Of a DNA stretch of 64,000 nucleotides, positions 30,150 through 40,597 are shown piece after piece. This stretch comes from an uncultured Bacteroidia bacterium (GTDB taxonomy: Bacteria > Bacteroidota > Bacteroidia > NS11-12g > UBA9320). The translations under genes were made by a program, and so were the position numbers. Every line of letters begins with the position of its first letter. Positions within the stretch are counted from its first letter, which is position 1. The DNA is taken from positions 329,412 to 393,411 of the forward strand of contig CALSTB010000005.1 in NCBI GenBank assembly GCA_943789165.1, written 5' to 3'. The notes beneath the pieces were generated by a model. It had not been told where the DNA came from, ran no database searches, and saw only the letters and a program-made list of their open reading frames with translations.

Positions 30150-30929
30150 TTATTGTCCTTTGAAACTTGCATTACGTTTCTCTACAAACGCATTCATGCC
30201 TTCTTTTTGGTCTTCAGTTGCGAATAGCATGTAGAAGTTTTTGCGTTCAAACGACAAAGCTTCTTGTAATGGCATTTCATACGCTTTTAATACACTTTCT
30301 TTGGCCAACTGCACAGCAATAGGACTTTGTCTGGCAATGTCCTTCGCCATTCTAACAGCCTCGGTCAGGTAGACTTCCGTAGGCACCACTTTATTGATTA
30401 AGCCATACTTTAAAGCCTCTTCAGCTGAAATAAAGTTACCGGTAAGCACCATTTCCATTGCCCGAGTTTTGCCAACTGCACGAGGCAGACGTTGCGTACC
30501 ACCAGCACCTGGCATAATGCCAATTTTGATTTCAGGTTGTCCGAATTGTGCCGTTTCAGACGCAACGACCATGTCGCAAGTCATCACCAATTCACAACCG
30601 CCACCAAGAGCAAAGCCACTGACCGCAGCAATGATTGGTTTTTTAGTCTTTCTAATTTGATCCCAGGTACTGAATTGATCAATTTTTAACATGTCGATAG
30701 CACCTTTACCAGCCATTTGTTTGATGTCGGCACCAGCTGCAAAAGCGCGTTCGTTACCAGTAATGATTATCACACGTACGTTGTCATCTTCATCCAACAT
30801 TTTGAGTGCATCTCGAATTTCACCCATTACCTGAAGGTTAAGAGCGTTTAGCTCTTTAGGACGGTTAAGTTGAATAAGGGCGATATGCTCTTCGTAAGAA
30901 GGATTGACAATTATTAATTCTGGATTCAT
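30150..30929 (-). CDS. paaF: Enoyl-CoA hydratase (PaaF-like crotonase)
   Basis: 'LNRPKELNAL', 'AFAAGADI', 'GFALGGGCEL' and 'FGQPEIKIGIMPGAGGTQRL'. Confidence 0.85.
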   Translation of the reverse strand: MNPELIIVNPSYEEHIALIQLNRPKELNALNLQVMGEIRDALKMLDEDDNVRVIIITGNERAFAAGADIKQMAGKGAIDMLKIDQFSTWDQIRKTKKPIIAAVSGFALGGGCELVMTCDMVVASETAQFGQPEIKIGIMPGAGGTQRLPRAVGKTRAMEMVLTGNFISAEEALKYGLINKVVPTEVYLTEAVRMAKDIARQSPIAVQLAKESVLKAYEMPLQEALSFERKNFYMLFATEDQKEGMNAFVEKRNASFKGQ

Positions 30930-31030
30930 TGATGGGTCAAATTAAGACTTCAAACTTACCACTTTCAATGCTTTTCAAGAAAGGTAAAAGACATTCGTTG
31001 GGTTTACTTCCGTTTTAGTAAACTTGTACT

Positions 31031-32605
31031 ATGAAAAAACTAATCTTACTAGCGCTAGTCATCGGGATAGGAATGGTCTCAAAAGCCCAGGAATTCTCAG
31101 GTGATGGAATTACCGTTAAAACAGGCGAGCCTATTTTTAGTAAAAAGAACTACATGAGTTACCTCATTTTAGGAGATAACGATGTAGTATTTAGTCGAAA
31201 CAATATCAAGAAAAAACCTTACCTCGTGCGATATAACGAAGACCTAGAGGTAGAAACGAAAGTATTATTGACGCCCGATATTGTTCCAAAACGATCGTAT
31301 ATAGAATCTATCATTCCGTTTAATGGCGGTTTGTTGGTGTTTTATTCAAAAATGGATAAGCAACGTAAGTCTAATGACTTGTTTTACGTAACACTATCAC
31401 AACGAGATTTAAGCACGCTTCAAGAAGAGACAAAGGTGTTTGGATTGACCTATTCTACTAAACGAAATTTAGGCAACTTTGATATTGCTTTGTCCAGAGA
31501 TTCTACAAAATTGCTGGCTTTTGCGAATACACCAAGTAAAAGAGCTCGAGGTGCACGTGATGAGGTGAGTGTGGTCGTGATGGACCAGAATTTCGATGTG
31601 ATATGGAAAGATGAGTTAACGATTCCGTATGCAGACAAAGATTTTGCAATATCTGATTACGATGTCGATAACAATGGCAACGTATATATTTTAGGCAAAC
31701 ACTATAAACAAAAATCAGATCGAGAGAAGCGCAAACCTATTGGTACGTATAAATTGATTGGCTTTTTTGAGGAAGGTCATGACCGCCAGGAATTCGATTT
31801 GGAGTTGTCAAATAAGTTTATCGCTGATATCAATTACTTCATTAAAGACGATGGCAACATCCTGTGTTCTGGATTGTATTCGAATTCGAGTACGTCTAGT
31901 GCTGCGGGTTCATTTTACTTGGAAATAGAAAATGAGACCTTGGAAGTCATTGTTGAAAATTTGGTAGAATTTGATTTAGACTTTTTAACGCAAGGACTGA
32001 CTGAGAGACAAACGAAGAAGGTGAAGAAAAAGGTGAACAAAGGCAAAGATGTCGAGTTCTATTCATATGAGGTGAGAAACTTAATCGAAAAAGAAGACGG
32101 TGGTTTAGTCATGGTAGCTGAACAGTATTTTGTTCGTGTTACCCAAACAACAACGACTAATGCGAATGGTGGCACAAGCACTTCCACTACCTACCATTAT
32201 TATTACAACGACATCATCATTGTAAGTTTTGATGAAGAAGGTGAGGTTGAATGGCACGAAAAAATAGAAAAGAACCAGTACTCAACAAATGATGGAGGCT
32301 ATTTCAGTGGATTTAATATGGCGGTAAAAGGCGATAACATGTACTTTTATTTTGTCGACCAAGGGTATAGTGTACCTGGTTTAGACATTGACGAAGACAG
32401 TGATAGAGGAGCCTACAGGTCGAATCATTTTGTTTGTGCAACTATCGATTTAGACGGAAACAAAGAAGTGCAGTCACTTGGTGAAATAGACCGACGAGAT
32501 TTTAGACCCGTTCCAAAGGAGTTTGTTACGATGCGAGATGGTCGATCAACCATCTATTTAAGAGCGCGTAAAGAATATAAGATTGGCCGAATAATTCCAC
32601 ACTAG
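31031..32605 (+). CDS. Secreted hypothetical protein, probably beta-propeller-like
   Basis: Signal peptide and a beta-rich sequence. The 'DGG...AEQY...TTYHYYYNDIII...G...W...I.K.Q' pattern is typical of a Bacteroidota hypothetical family. Confidence 0.7.
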   Translation: MKKLILLALVIGIGMVSKAQEFSGDGITVKTGEPIFSKKNYMSYLILGDNDVVFSRNNIKKKPYLVRYNEDLEVETKVLLTPDIVPKRSYIESIIPFNGGLLVFYSKMDKQRKSNDLFYVTLSQRDLSTLQEETKVFGLTYSTKRNLGNFDIALSRDSTKLLAFANTPSKRARGARDEVSVVVMDQNFDVIWKDELTIPYADKDFAISDYDVDNNGNVYILGKHYKQKSDREKRKPIGTYKLIGFFEEGHDRQEFDLELSNKFIADINYFIKDDGNILCSGLYSNSSTSSAAGSFYLEIENETLEVIVENLVEFDLDFLTQGLTERQTKKVKKKVNKGKDVEFYSYEVRNLIEKEDGGLVMVAEQYFVRVTQTTTTNANGGTSTSTTYHYYYNDIIIVSFDEEGEVEWHEKIEKNQYSTNDGGYFSGFNMAVKGDNMYFYFVDQGYSVPGLDIDEDSDRGAYRSNHFVCATIDLDGNKEVQSLGEIDRRDFRPVPKEFVTMRDGRSTIYLRARKEYKIGRIIPH

Positions 32606-33330
32606 TGGAAGTGAATCGAGGTGCTTAACAGCGCTATCAATACACCAATGGCAATGGCTATAAGTTTAAACCGACTAAACTTATGGTTATCGGTATTCTC
32701 AAATAAGATGGTGGTGGAAATGTGCAAAAACACACCAGTCACCAAGGCCACTAGATACACCATGTAGTCTTCAATATTTGGGAAAACGCTGATGGCTATT
32801 CCACTAAACAAGGAACCTAAAATGGTCATTAAGGCATACACAACTAGCCACGTATAGAGGTATTTCTTTTTGACGTTCGACGCTTTTAGTAAGGTGATTA
32901 GAGCAAAAGCAGCAGGTATTTCATGTAAGGCTATGCCAAATACAAAACTGGATTGGATGTGGTCTGAAAACAAATTACTGCCAGCTGCCATACCTTCAAG
33001 AAATGCATGCAGACTTAACGCAATGAATATACCATACGGTGTTTTATCTGATTCATGGTGATGAAGGTGTCCGTGTTCAACGCCATGAGAGAATAAATCG
33101 ATGACTATCTGTAAAAAGAAACCGGCTAATATGAAATAACCAACATTAAAAGCGGCATCGTGAGAGTAGACTTCTGGGATAATGCTAATGGCTGTGATTG
33201 AAAATAGAAATGCACCACTAAATGCCAAAAACAACTTCAGCTGTTCCGTTTTGTGGGTTTGTATGATTAACCCAATGGTCCCGCCCAATAACGGGAAGAA
33301 AAATAGAATGAAGTAAAACCAGAAATTCAA
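32602..33330 (-). CDS. ZIP family metal transporter
   Basis: 'AFSGAFL', His-rich loop 'HGVEHGHLHHH', 'LHAFLEG' and 'LHEIP'. Confidence 0.92.
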   Translation of the reverse strand: MNFWFYFILFFFPLLGGTIGLIIQTHKTEQLKLFLAFSGAFLFSITAISIIPEVYSHDAAFNVGYFILAGFFLQIVIDLFSHGVEHGHLHHHESDKTPYGIFIALSLHAFLEGMAAGSNLFSDHIQSSFVFGIALHEIPAAFALITLLKASNVKKKYLYTWLVVYALMTILGSLFSGIAISVFPNIEDYMVYLVALVTGVFLHISTTILFENTDNHKFSRFKLIAIAIGVLIALLSTSIHFH

Positions 33331-33333
33331 TAC

Positions 33334-33921
33334 TTACAATAATTTACCTGCTCGGTAACAAAGCGTATATCGGTTAGCCCAACCCGCTCCATAACCTATT
33401 AACATGCCTAATAATCCGCCTACTATCACATCAAAAGGATAATGTACGCCGACATAGACTTGTGCAAAGGAAATCACACCCGCCCATAATACAAAGCCTA
33501 AAACCACATAAAACCGATTACTTGGTTTGGCGAAAACAAGGATGAAATATATGGCAAGTGCAAAGTGGTTGGTTGCGTGACTACTCACGAAACTATAGCC
33601 ACTCCCGCAGTCGACAAGTTCGTTATGGACATATTGTATAATGGATACGTCGTTACACGGTCGCGTTCGCTGCACCAAAGGCTTAATAACGTGAGCACTC
33701 AATTGGTCTGCAATCACTAAAGTTAACACCGCGAAACCCAACACATAAACCGCTTTCATTTTATGCTTCCTAATGATTAGGAAGGTCAGTAAAGCGTATA
33801 AAGGAATCCAAGTGTATTTATCGCGTGCGATGGGCATGATGATATCGAAGAATTCATTCTTCATGCATCGGTTCACGTGGAAGAAAAGTTGTGTGTCGAT
33901 ATTTTGGATCCAATCAAGCAT
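33334..33921 (-). CDS. PAP2 family phosphatase
   Basis: 'K.LVQR.RPC', 'SFVSSHA' and 'QVYVGVHYPFD' motifs. Confidence 0.92.
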   Translation of the reverse strand: MLDWIQNIDTQLFFHVNRCMKNEFFDIIMPIARDKYTWIPLYALLTFLIIRKHKMKAVYVLGFAVLTLVIADQLSAHVIKPLVQRTRPCNDVSIIQYVHNELVDCGSGYSFVSSHATNHFALAIYFILVFAKPSNRFYVVLGFVLWAGVISFAQVYVGVHYPFDVIVGGLLGMLIGYGAGWANRYTLCYRAGKLL

Positions 33922-34662
33922 TTATTTCTTCGCAACAAGAATCAGTCTGTCGGAAGTAGGGGCGCTAAAGTTGTTTAACTCATAATCACCAAAAATTGTT
34001 TGGATTTGGAAGCCACTATTTGATAATAGTTTTTCAAAGTCATGCAGGTGCAGTCGCCAAACATGTTCGAAAAAGGTATGTTCATCCATACCATCCGTTA
34101 CGTCGATTTCCTTAGATATGAATTGGTTGGACACCCGTTTACGCGTTTTGAAGTCGATACCGTCAATACGCATTTGTTGTGTGGGATTTGCCGCTATTAG
34201 CGCTTCGGCCTTTGATACGTTTAGGTAATCAATGACTAGCAAGCCATTGTTTTTCAGTTGTTTATGGATAGATTGAAGTGTTTCTTTTTGTCCTTCACTT
34301 GTGTCGAAATACCCAAAGCTTGTAAACAAGTTGAATATGTAATCGAATTGATTCGGGAAATGTACGTGGCGCATATCGCCGACATGAAAAGACAACAATT
34401 CATGATCGATTGTTTTGGCTTCGTCAATGCTGTTTTCGCTTAGGTCAATCCCGGTTGTGGTAAAACCTTTATTTGCAATTTCTAATGCGTGCCGACCCTT
34501 TCCACAAGCGAGGTCTAAAAAATGGGCTTCGGGTTTTGGTCTGAGGTAATTTAATAGATTGTCAATGAAATGAGCTGCTTCGTCTTGATCCCTATTTCCG
34601 TATAAAACATGGTAATACGGGGAGTCGAACCAATCTTCAAACCAAAGCTTTTTGTTTTTCAC
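33922..34662 (-). CDS. Class I SAM-dependent methyltransferase
   Basis: 'WF..WFDSPYYH.LY..R', 'LDLACGKGRH' and 'NLFTSFGYF'. Confidence 0.92.
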   Translation of the reverse strand: MKNKKLWFEDWFDSPYYHVLYGNRDQDEAAHFIDNLLNYLRPKPEAHFLDLACGKGRHALEIANKGFTTTGIDLSENSIDEAKTIDHELLSFHVGDMRHVHFPNQFDYIFNLFTSFGYFDTSEGQKETLQSIHKQLKNNGLLVIDYLNVSKAEALIAANPTQQMRIDGIDFKTRKRVSNQFISKEIDVTDGMDEHTFFEHVWRLHLHDFEKLLSNSGFQIQTIFGDYELNNFSAPTSDRLILVAKK

Positions 34663-34796
34663 GCTACAAATTTGGCGAAAAATTACTTTGTTTCGGCTAA
34701 TTTATTTATCTGATAATTAAGGAGTTAAATAATCGGTCGTAAAAAAACTAACTTTACTGTAACTTTTATTTACACCATTCGTATCACTAACAATTA

Positions 34797-35282
34797 ATGA
34801 CCACCAAAGAGTATAATAAGTGTGTTGAGTTGCTCTCAGATGGGATTTTCAGATTTGCTCTAAAGAATTTAAGGGATGAATTTGAAGCCGAGAATGTAGT
34901 GCAAAACACTTTTGAAAAACTTTGGGTCAGAAAAGATAAAGTTGAAATGGTAACAGCCAAAGCCTTCTTATTCAAAATCGCATACAACAATTGTATCGAT
35001 ATTATTCGCAAAGCAAAACGCAGTGCGACTATGGATGAGGTGGTGGAAAACAACTACAGTCATTCGGAACAATATTCTGACACGTTGGAGATTGTGAATG
35101 CTGCTGTAAACAGACTACCTGAAAATCAAAAAACTGTGATTTTGTTACGGGATTATGAAGGGTACGACTACAAAAGCATTGGTGAAATAACTGGAATGAC
35201 TGAGGCGCAAGTGAAGATTAACATTTTTCGAGCGCGACAATTTTTAAAATCGTATTTGAAAGACATGCAGTTGGTAATATGA
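34797..35282 (+). CDS. ECF RNA polymerase sigma factor
   Basis: Region 2 'AENVVQNTFEKLW' and 'FKIAYNNCID'. Region 4 'LP..QK.VILLRDYEGY.Y..I..I.G.....VK..IFRAR'. Confidence 0.93.
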   Translation: MTTKEYNKCVELLSDGIFRFALKNLRDEFEAENVVQNTFEKLWVRKDKVEMVTAKAFLFKIAYNNCIDIIRKAKRSATMDEVVENNYSHSEQYSDTLEIVNAAVNRLPENQKTVILLRDYEGYDYKSIGEITGMTEAQVKINIFRARQFLKSYLKDMQLVI

Positions 35283-36088
35283 AAAAGCAAAAAGACATGG
35301 ATTGGGAATTGTTCGAATTGCTTGAAGGGGAATTAACCGCAGAGCAAGAAGCAGAACTGTTAAGTAAAATTGAAGGACAATCAGACTTAGAATCTGAATG
35401 GGCATTCATGCAAATGACGCAACTGGAAACGCCAGAAGTCACTTACAAACACAAGGACAAACTACTTAAAAAGGATACAACGCTTTTAACGTTTACAGCC
35501 ATACAATGGAAACGAGTTGTTGCTATCGCTGCAATGTTGGTGCTCTGTTATCCGATTTGGAATTACTTGATTAAAACCCAGGATTCGGGTGAAGGTATCG
35601 TCGGATCAGCTTCAGAAATCATTCCGAAGAATGAAGTGGAAGCAACCATTACTCCAGAATCATTGCCAGTTGAAGTCAAAAAAGAGACAGTAGCAGTTGT
35701 TAAACAAAACAGTGCTCCAATAAAGAAAACCAATCAACCAAAACCAACAAAAGTGATTGACCAAACTAACCCTGATCTAAAAACACCGTTTGAGGTGGTG
35801 AGTATTAACTCGACAGGAACACATGTTTCAATTGCAAACAATATAGTTGACGTACAACAACCAAGAAAAGCGATGGTGCGTTACAACATGGATAAGGATT
35901 TACCGAGAAACGAATCAAGGTATAAAGGCGTGCGGTCAACAGTAAACACGGGACTTGCACTTTTAGCAACGCCGTTTAGAGAATCTAAAATACAAGTGCA
36001 ACCAACGGATAAAAAAACAATACAAATAGTATACAGTTCAATGCAATACAACGCCACTGCTATGGTGAGTTTAAAACCATTAAAATAA
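35279..36088 (+). CDS. Probable membrane-anchored anti-sigma factor
   Basis: Overlaps the sigma gene by ATGA. N-terminal 'LLEGELT.E....L' anti-sigma-like helix, one TM segment ('VVAIAAMLVL'), then a low-complexity periplasmic region. Confidence 0.75.
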   Translation: MKKQKDMDWELFELLEGELTAEQEAELLSKIEGQSDLESEWAFMQMTQLETPEVTYKHKDKLLKKDTTLLTFTAIQWKRVVAIAAMLVLCYPIWNYLIKTQDSGEGIVGSASEIIPKNEVEATITPESLPVEVKKETVAVVKQNSAPIKKTNQPKPTKVIDQTNPDLKTPFEVVSINSTGTHVSIANNIVDVQQPRKAMVRYNMDKDLPRNESRYKGVRSTVNTGLALLATPFRESKIQVQPTDKKTIQIVYSSMQYNATAMVSLKPLK

Positions 36089-36104
36089 CAAGCAAAACAG
36101 TACA

Positions 36105-37064
36105 ATGAAACATACAATCTCAATTTTCGCCCTGGTACTTCTTTCCACTATAGTGGTGGCTCAAGAGGTAGAACCTAAAGTAATCGAATCGAAACGAGTT
36201 CGCATTGAAATTAAAAATGTGAACGGCAAAATCGATACGATAATCAATGAAGAAACGACTACAGTTGCAGAAACTGACAAGTTAAGCGGTGATTCGAATC
36301 GTGTCATCAAAGTGAAAAAGGTCATTCGAGAAGAGAACGATGGAGATGGCAGTGATCAAGAAATTATTATTGAACAGGAATTTGGTGAAGAAGAAGTCAT
36401 CGAAATCGAGGAAGAAATTGAATACAGTTCACCAAAATTAGTGGAGACCAGCACTTTTGTAATGGATTGGGGTCTTAACAATTGGATCTCTGGGAATTCT
36501 GTCGATGTGCCTGCACCACATGAAGCGCTGAAATTAGAAAATATGTCAGCGAATTTTCATTTGGGCATTGTACAACAAGGAATAAACCTATTCCGTGGAC
36601 AGCTGAGGTTTGTATATGGTATTGGTATTGAGTTTAACAACTATCGCTTTAAGGAAGGTGTAACGATTATTAGAGATTCAAAACCATTGGAATATACAGT
36701 TGATGATGATTTGAACTACAAACGCAATAAGATCACGAGTAAATATGCCACAGTGCCTTTGATGCTTAATTTTAAAAGCAATCCTAATGACGATGACAAG
36801 TCTTTAAAATTAGCAGCGGGTGTTCAGGCGGGATATTTAATTGGTTCGCACCAAAAACAAAAATGGGGTGAAGGCAATGAAAAGGAAAAGAAGAAGATCA
36901 AGGGTGATTATGGATTTGCAGATTATAGAATAGGGTATGTAGCGCAATTTGGTTACGGTGACTTAGTCATCTACGGAAAATACTACCCAACAAATACGTT
37001 TAAAACAGAGAGAGGACCGTCGGTTAACACAGCTTGTGTAGGCCTGGTACTAACTCCATTTTAA
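36105..37064 (+). CDS. Outer-membrane beta-barrel protein with acidic N-terminal extension
   Basis: Signal peptide, 'GIGIEFNNYRF', 'Y.TVPLML.F', 'GVQAGYLIGSH.K' and 'GYG...YGKY'. Confidence 0.75.
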   Translation: MKHTISIFALVLLSTIVVAQEVEPKVIESKRVRIEIKNVNGKIDTIINEETTTVAETDKLSGDSNRVIKVKKVIREENDGDGSDQEIIIEQEFGEEEVIEIEEEIEYSSPKLVETSTFVMDWGLNNWISGNSVDVPAPHEALKLENMSANFHLGIVQQGINLFRGQLRFVYGIGIEFNNYRFKEGVTIIRDSKPLEYTVDDDLNYKRNKITSKYATVPLMLNFKSNPNDDDKSLKLAAGVQAGYLIGSHQKQKWGEGNEKEKKKIKGDYGFADYRIGYVAQFGYGDLVIYGKYYPTNTFKTERGPSVNTACVGLVLTPF

Positions 37065-37089
37065 TTTCTTATACTTTTTATACTAAATC

Positions 37090-37121
37090 AAGGTCTTTCC
37101 ATTTTGGAAAGGCCTTTTTTT
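37090..37121 (+). terminator. Rho-independent terminator
   Basis: AAGGTCTTTCCA-ttt-TGGAAAGGCCTT plus a T tract. Confidence 0.85.
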
Positions 37122-37145
37122 ATTACACTTGCCAAAAGAAAATTC

Positions 37146-37844
37146 ATGAAGGCGCTCTTACTTAGTAACTCTACAAATTTTGGTCAATCCTATATGCAAC
37201 ATGCTAAAACAGCGATAGCTGGTTTTTTAGGGGAGATAAAAGAAGTATTGTTTATTCCTTATGCTGGGGTGACAGTTACTTACGACCAATATGCAGAAAC
37301 GGTGCAGAATGCATTAGGAGAATTTGGTATCAAGGTGATTTCCATCCACACATACGACGACCCGAAAGAAGCTGTCGGCAACGCTAAAGCTATTGCTGTG
37401 GGAGGCGGTAATACGTTTCGACTTGTCCAGCAGTTGCAGGAGAAAGGACTCATAGATGAAATTAAAAATAAGGTAGTTCAGAACACACCTTATATTGGCT
37501 GGAGTGCTGGTTCAAATGTAGCAGGACCGACTTTGTGTACTACGAACGACATGCCCATTGTACAACCAACATCGTTCGACTGTATCAATTTAGTGCCTTA
37601 TCAGATTAACCCTCATTACAGCGAGGCAACGATACCAAACCATGGTGGGGAGTCTCGGAAAGCACGGTTGATGGAATACATAACCTTGAGTAAGAAAGAC
37701 GTTGTGTGTCTTCCTGAAGCCTCGTGGCTAGCAATTGAGGACGGCAAAACGACGTATCATGGGGATGGGAATATGAAGGTTTACAGGCATCCAAACCAAG
37801 TGCTTGATTTTGAGTCGACTGAAGCAAATTCCTACTTTAATTAG
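37146..37844 (+). CDS. pepE: Dipeptidase E (peptidase S51)
   Basis: 'LLLSNST', 'FIPYAGV', 'VGGGNTF', catalytic 'GWSAG', 'TTNDMPI', 'INPHY' and 'H.GE.R..R..E'. ATG 37146 lies downstream of the terminator. Confidence 0.95.
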   Translation: MKALLLSNSTNFGQSYMQHAKTAIAGFLGEIKEVLFIPYAGVTVTYDQYAETVQNALGEFGIKVISIHTYDDPKEAVGNAKAIAVGGGNTFRLVQQLQEKGLIDEIKNKVVQNTPYIGWSAGSNVAGPTLCTTNDMPIVQPTSFDCINLVPYQINPHYSEATIPNHGGESRKARLMEYITLSKKDVVCLPEASWLAIEDGKTTYHGDGNMKVYRHPNQVLDFESTEANSYFN

Positions 37845-37922
37845 GAGGAAAAAATTACGCTGCGATTCAGCACATCATCCAATAGAAAGTTTATTATTGT
37901 ACTCTAAAAAATTAATACCTAT

Positions 37923-38477
37923 ATGAAAAACTTAAAATACTTCGTCGTAGCGTTGATGATTAGCCCATTGTTTTTAGTCAATGTGGGTTGTGATGATGAT
38001 GTACTACCACCGCCAGTAGAAGACACAACTAAAGTAGAACCAACAGATACAACAGCCTGTGGTTTTACAGTGAGTTTCCAAAACTACCAATTGGTACTTG
38101 ATGCGAACTTGTCACAAGGGAGTTATAGAAAAGACGTCAATCAAACCTTAATTAACTTGGTAGGATATTCTACTAAAGGAAATGCTGGTGCGTCGATTAC
38201 ATCAAAAGCAGAATTGGAATTGGTATTTCAAGGAAAAAGCATTGGTGTAAAAACACAAAATGATCCTGACTTCTCTTTGGAGATTGCAACAGGTGAAGGC
38301 GCAAAACGAATCGAGTCTTCAAGTGATATTGCAAACAACATGGCCGTAACCGTAACTGAGTATGGCGAGGTTGGAGAATTAATCAAAGCCACGTTTACTG
38401 GAGAATTGAAATCTGGTATTAACTCTCGTTCCTTTACAAAAGGATATCTTGAGATAAAGCGAGGTGCTGATAGATAA
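37923..38477 (+). CDS. Hypothetical lipoprotein
   Basis: Lipoprotein signal 'VG-C' followed by an acidic 'DDD' surface-export-like signal. Confidence 0.75.
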   Translation: MKNLKYFVVALMISPLFLVNVGCDDDVLPPPVEDTTKVEPTDTTACGFTVSFQNYQLVLDANLSQGSYRKDVNQTLINLVGYSTKGNAGASITSKAELELVFQGKSIGVKTQNDPDFSLEIATGEGAKRIESSSDIANNMAVTVTEYGEVGELIKATFTGELKSGINSRSFTKGYLEIKRGADR

Positions 38478-38493
38478 TTTTTAAAAGCATTAT

Positions 38494-38531
38494 AAAAAGT
38501 CCATTGGTCATATGACGAATGGGCTTTTTTT
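38494..38531 (+). terminator. Rho-independent terminator
   Basis: AAAAAGTCCATT...AATGGGCTTTTTT hairpin flanked by A and T tracts. Confidence 0.8.
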
Positions 38532-38577
38532 ATGCCCTAATCAAAAACAATAAGATATTTTTGTCAAAATTTTGAAC

Positions 38578-39327
38578 ATGAACTTATTAGCAGATAAAGT
38601 AGTTCTGATAACAGGAGCAACTAGAGGAATTGGATTAGGAATTGCAACCGAGTGTGCAAAGCAGGGTGCTAACATTGCATTCACGTACGCGAACTCAGCG
38701 GAAAAAGCCGCGGCAATCGAGAAAAGTTTAGCGAATGATTTTGGCATTAAGGCCAAGGGATATAAAAGCAATGCCGCTTCATTGGAGGCTTCCGAAGCCT
38801 TAATCGAGGCAGTATTAGCGGATTTTGGAACTATCAATGTCCTAATCAATAATGCAGGTATCACACGAGATACGCTCTTAATGCGAATGAGTGAAGAACA
38901 GTGGGATGAAGTGATGGAGGTGAATTTGAAATCGGTTTTTAATTTAACTAAAGCCTGTTTGCGTACCTTCCTTAAAAACAAATCTGGTTCAATCATCAAC
39001 ATGACTTCAGTAGTTGGCGTCAATGGAAATGCTGGACAATCTAATTATGCTGCATCAAAAGCTGGCATTATTGGTTTTACAAAATCAATCGCCAAAGAAA
39101 TTGGCAGTAGAAACATTCGTTGTAATGCCATCGCACCTGGATTCATTGAAACTGAAATGACAGGCGCTTTGGACGAAAACATTGTAAAGTCTTGGGTAGA
39201 AACGATCCCATTGAAAAGAGGAGGAACTCCGGAAGATGTAGCGAACGCTTGCGTTTTCTTAGCTTCTGATATGTCAAGTTATGTAACTGGACAAACTCTT
39301 CATGTATGTGGAGGGATGTTGACCTAA
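38578..39327 (+). CDS. fabG: 3-oxoacyl-ACP reductase
   Basis: 'TGATRGIG', 'NNAGITRD', 'GQSNYAASK' and 'PGFIETEMT'. Confidence 0.95.
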   Translation: MNLLADKVVLITGATRGIGLGIATECAKQGANIAFTYANSAEKAAAIEKSLANDFGIKAKGYKSNAASLEASEALIEAVLADFGTINVLINNAGITRDTLLMRMSEEQWDEVMEVNLKSVFNLTKACLRTFLKNKSGSIINMTSVVGVNGNAGQSNYAASKAGIIGFTKSIAKEIGSRNIRCNAIAPGFIETEMTGALDENIVKSWVETIPLKRGGTPEDVANACVFLASDMSSYVTGQTLHVCGGMLT

Positions 39328-39342
39328 ACATGAAACTATAAT

Positions 39343-40176
39343 ATGCCTTTAGACCAGGTAGACGTCGATCGTGAGGAGAAGAACATGACGTTCTTAGACC
39401 ACCTAGAAGAACTTAGGTGGCATTTGATGCGTTCTGTCATTGCTATTATCGTTTTTTCAATAGCGGCCATGGCGAACTATCGATTCATTTTCGATAAAGT
39501 CATTTTCGCGGTTACCGACAAGTCATTTCCGATTTACAAGTTGTTTTGCAAATTGTCGCATTCACTTTATGGAACAGACAAATTGTGTTTTGAAACCATT
39601 GAGTTGAACACACAAAACCTTGACGTTAGTGGGCAATTCATTTATCTGATGGTGGTTTCATTTACCATTGGCTTGATTTTATCCGCACCGTATATCCTTT
39701 GGGAATTTTGGCGATTTTTTAAACCAGCACTAAAAAAGACTGAACAGAAATATACCACTGGTATCGTCTTGGCCACTTCGGCTTTGTTTTTCGTCGGTGT
39801 GCTATTTGGTTATCTGGTGTTAGCACCTTTGTCAGTCAATTTCTTCATCAACTTTAAACTGACTGACAACATTGTCAACCACTTTACCATGCAGTCGTAT
39901 GTGTCGTTTGTGTCGACCTTAACATTGGCTTCTGGAATTGTATTTGAACTTCCTTTGTTGGTATATATTTTGGCAAAACTGGGGTTAGTGAGTTCTGCAT
40001 TTTTGAAACAGTACCGCCGACATGCCATCATCGTCATCTTAATTTTAGCATCCGTTATTACACCTCCAGACATTATGAGTCAAATTTTATTGACCATTCC
40101 TGTCTATATGTTATATGAAGTTGGTATTTTTATCGCCAAGAGAATTGAATCTAAAGACGCATTAAATGAAACCTAA
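39343..40176 (+). CDS. tatC: Twin-arginine translocase subunit C
   Basis: 'M.FLDHLEELR', 'W.F.KPAL...E', 'FELP', 'RR.A', 'ITPPD..SQ' and 'LYE'. Confidence 0.95.
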   Translation: MPLDQVDVDREEKNMTFLDHLEELRWHLMRSVIAIIVFSIAAMANYRFIFDKVIFAVTDKSFPIYKLFCKLSHSLYGTDKLCFETIELNTQNLDVSGQFIYLMVVSFTIGLILSAPYILWEFWRFFKPALKKTEQKYTTGIVLATSALFFVGVLFGYLVLAPLSVNFFINFKLTDNIVNHFTMQSYVSFVSTLTLASGIVFELPLLVYILAKLGLVSSAFLKQYRRHAIIVILILASVITPPDIMSQILLTIPVYMLYEVGIFIAKRIESKDALNET

Positions 40177-40597
40177 AATCGCAATTGCCAACGACCACGC
40201 CGGAACCGAATATAAATTCAAGGTGATGGAAACCTTTAAAGAAGACTTCGATTTTGTCAACTTTGGTACAGACGAATCGGATTCAGTTGACTACCCTGAT
40301 TTTGTACATCCACTTGCCAATTCTGTGGAGTCGGGAGAAAGTAGTTTGGGAATTTTGATTTGTGGAAGTGGAAACGGCGTATGCATGACGGCGAACAAAC
40401 ATCAAGACATTCGCGCAGCCTTGTGCTGGGACGCTGAACTTGGTAGCTTAGCCCGACAACACAACAATGCAAACGTGGTGTGTATCCCTGCTAGATTCAT
40501 TGATTTTGAGACAACGGTCGATATATTAAATGCCTTCTTGAAAGGTGAGTTCGAAGGTGGAAGACACCAACGAAGAGTGGATAAGATCTCTTGTTAA
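40166..40597 (+). CDS. rpiB: Ribose-5-phosphate isomerase B
   Basis: 'DHAG', 'SVDYPD', 'ICGSGNG', 'ARQHNNAN' and 'FEGGRH.RR'. Confidence 0.96.
   Translation: MKPKIAIANDHAGTEYKFKVMETFKEDFDFVNFGTDESDSVDYPDFVHPLANSVESGESSLGILICGSGNGVCMTANKHQDIRAALCWDAELGSLARQHNNANVVCIPARFIDFETTVDILNAFLKGEFEGGRHQRRVDKISC

Noticed and set aside
38541-39023. 160-aa antisense ORF to fabG, and the other nested or antisense ORFs in the track
   Set aside because: These are shadows of well-supported genes. Antisense ORFs are common opposite SDR genes, and none has independent support.
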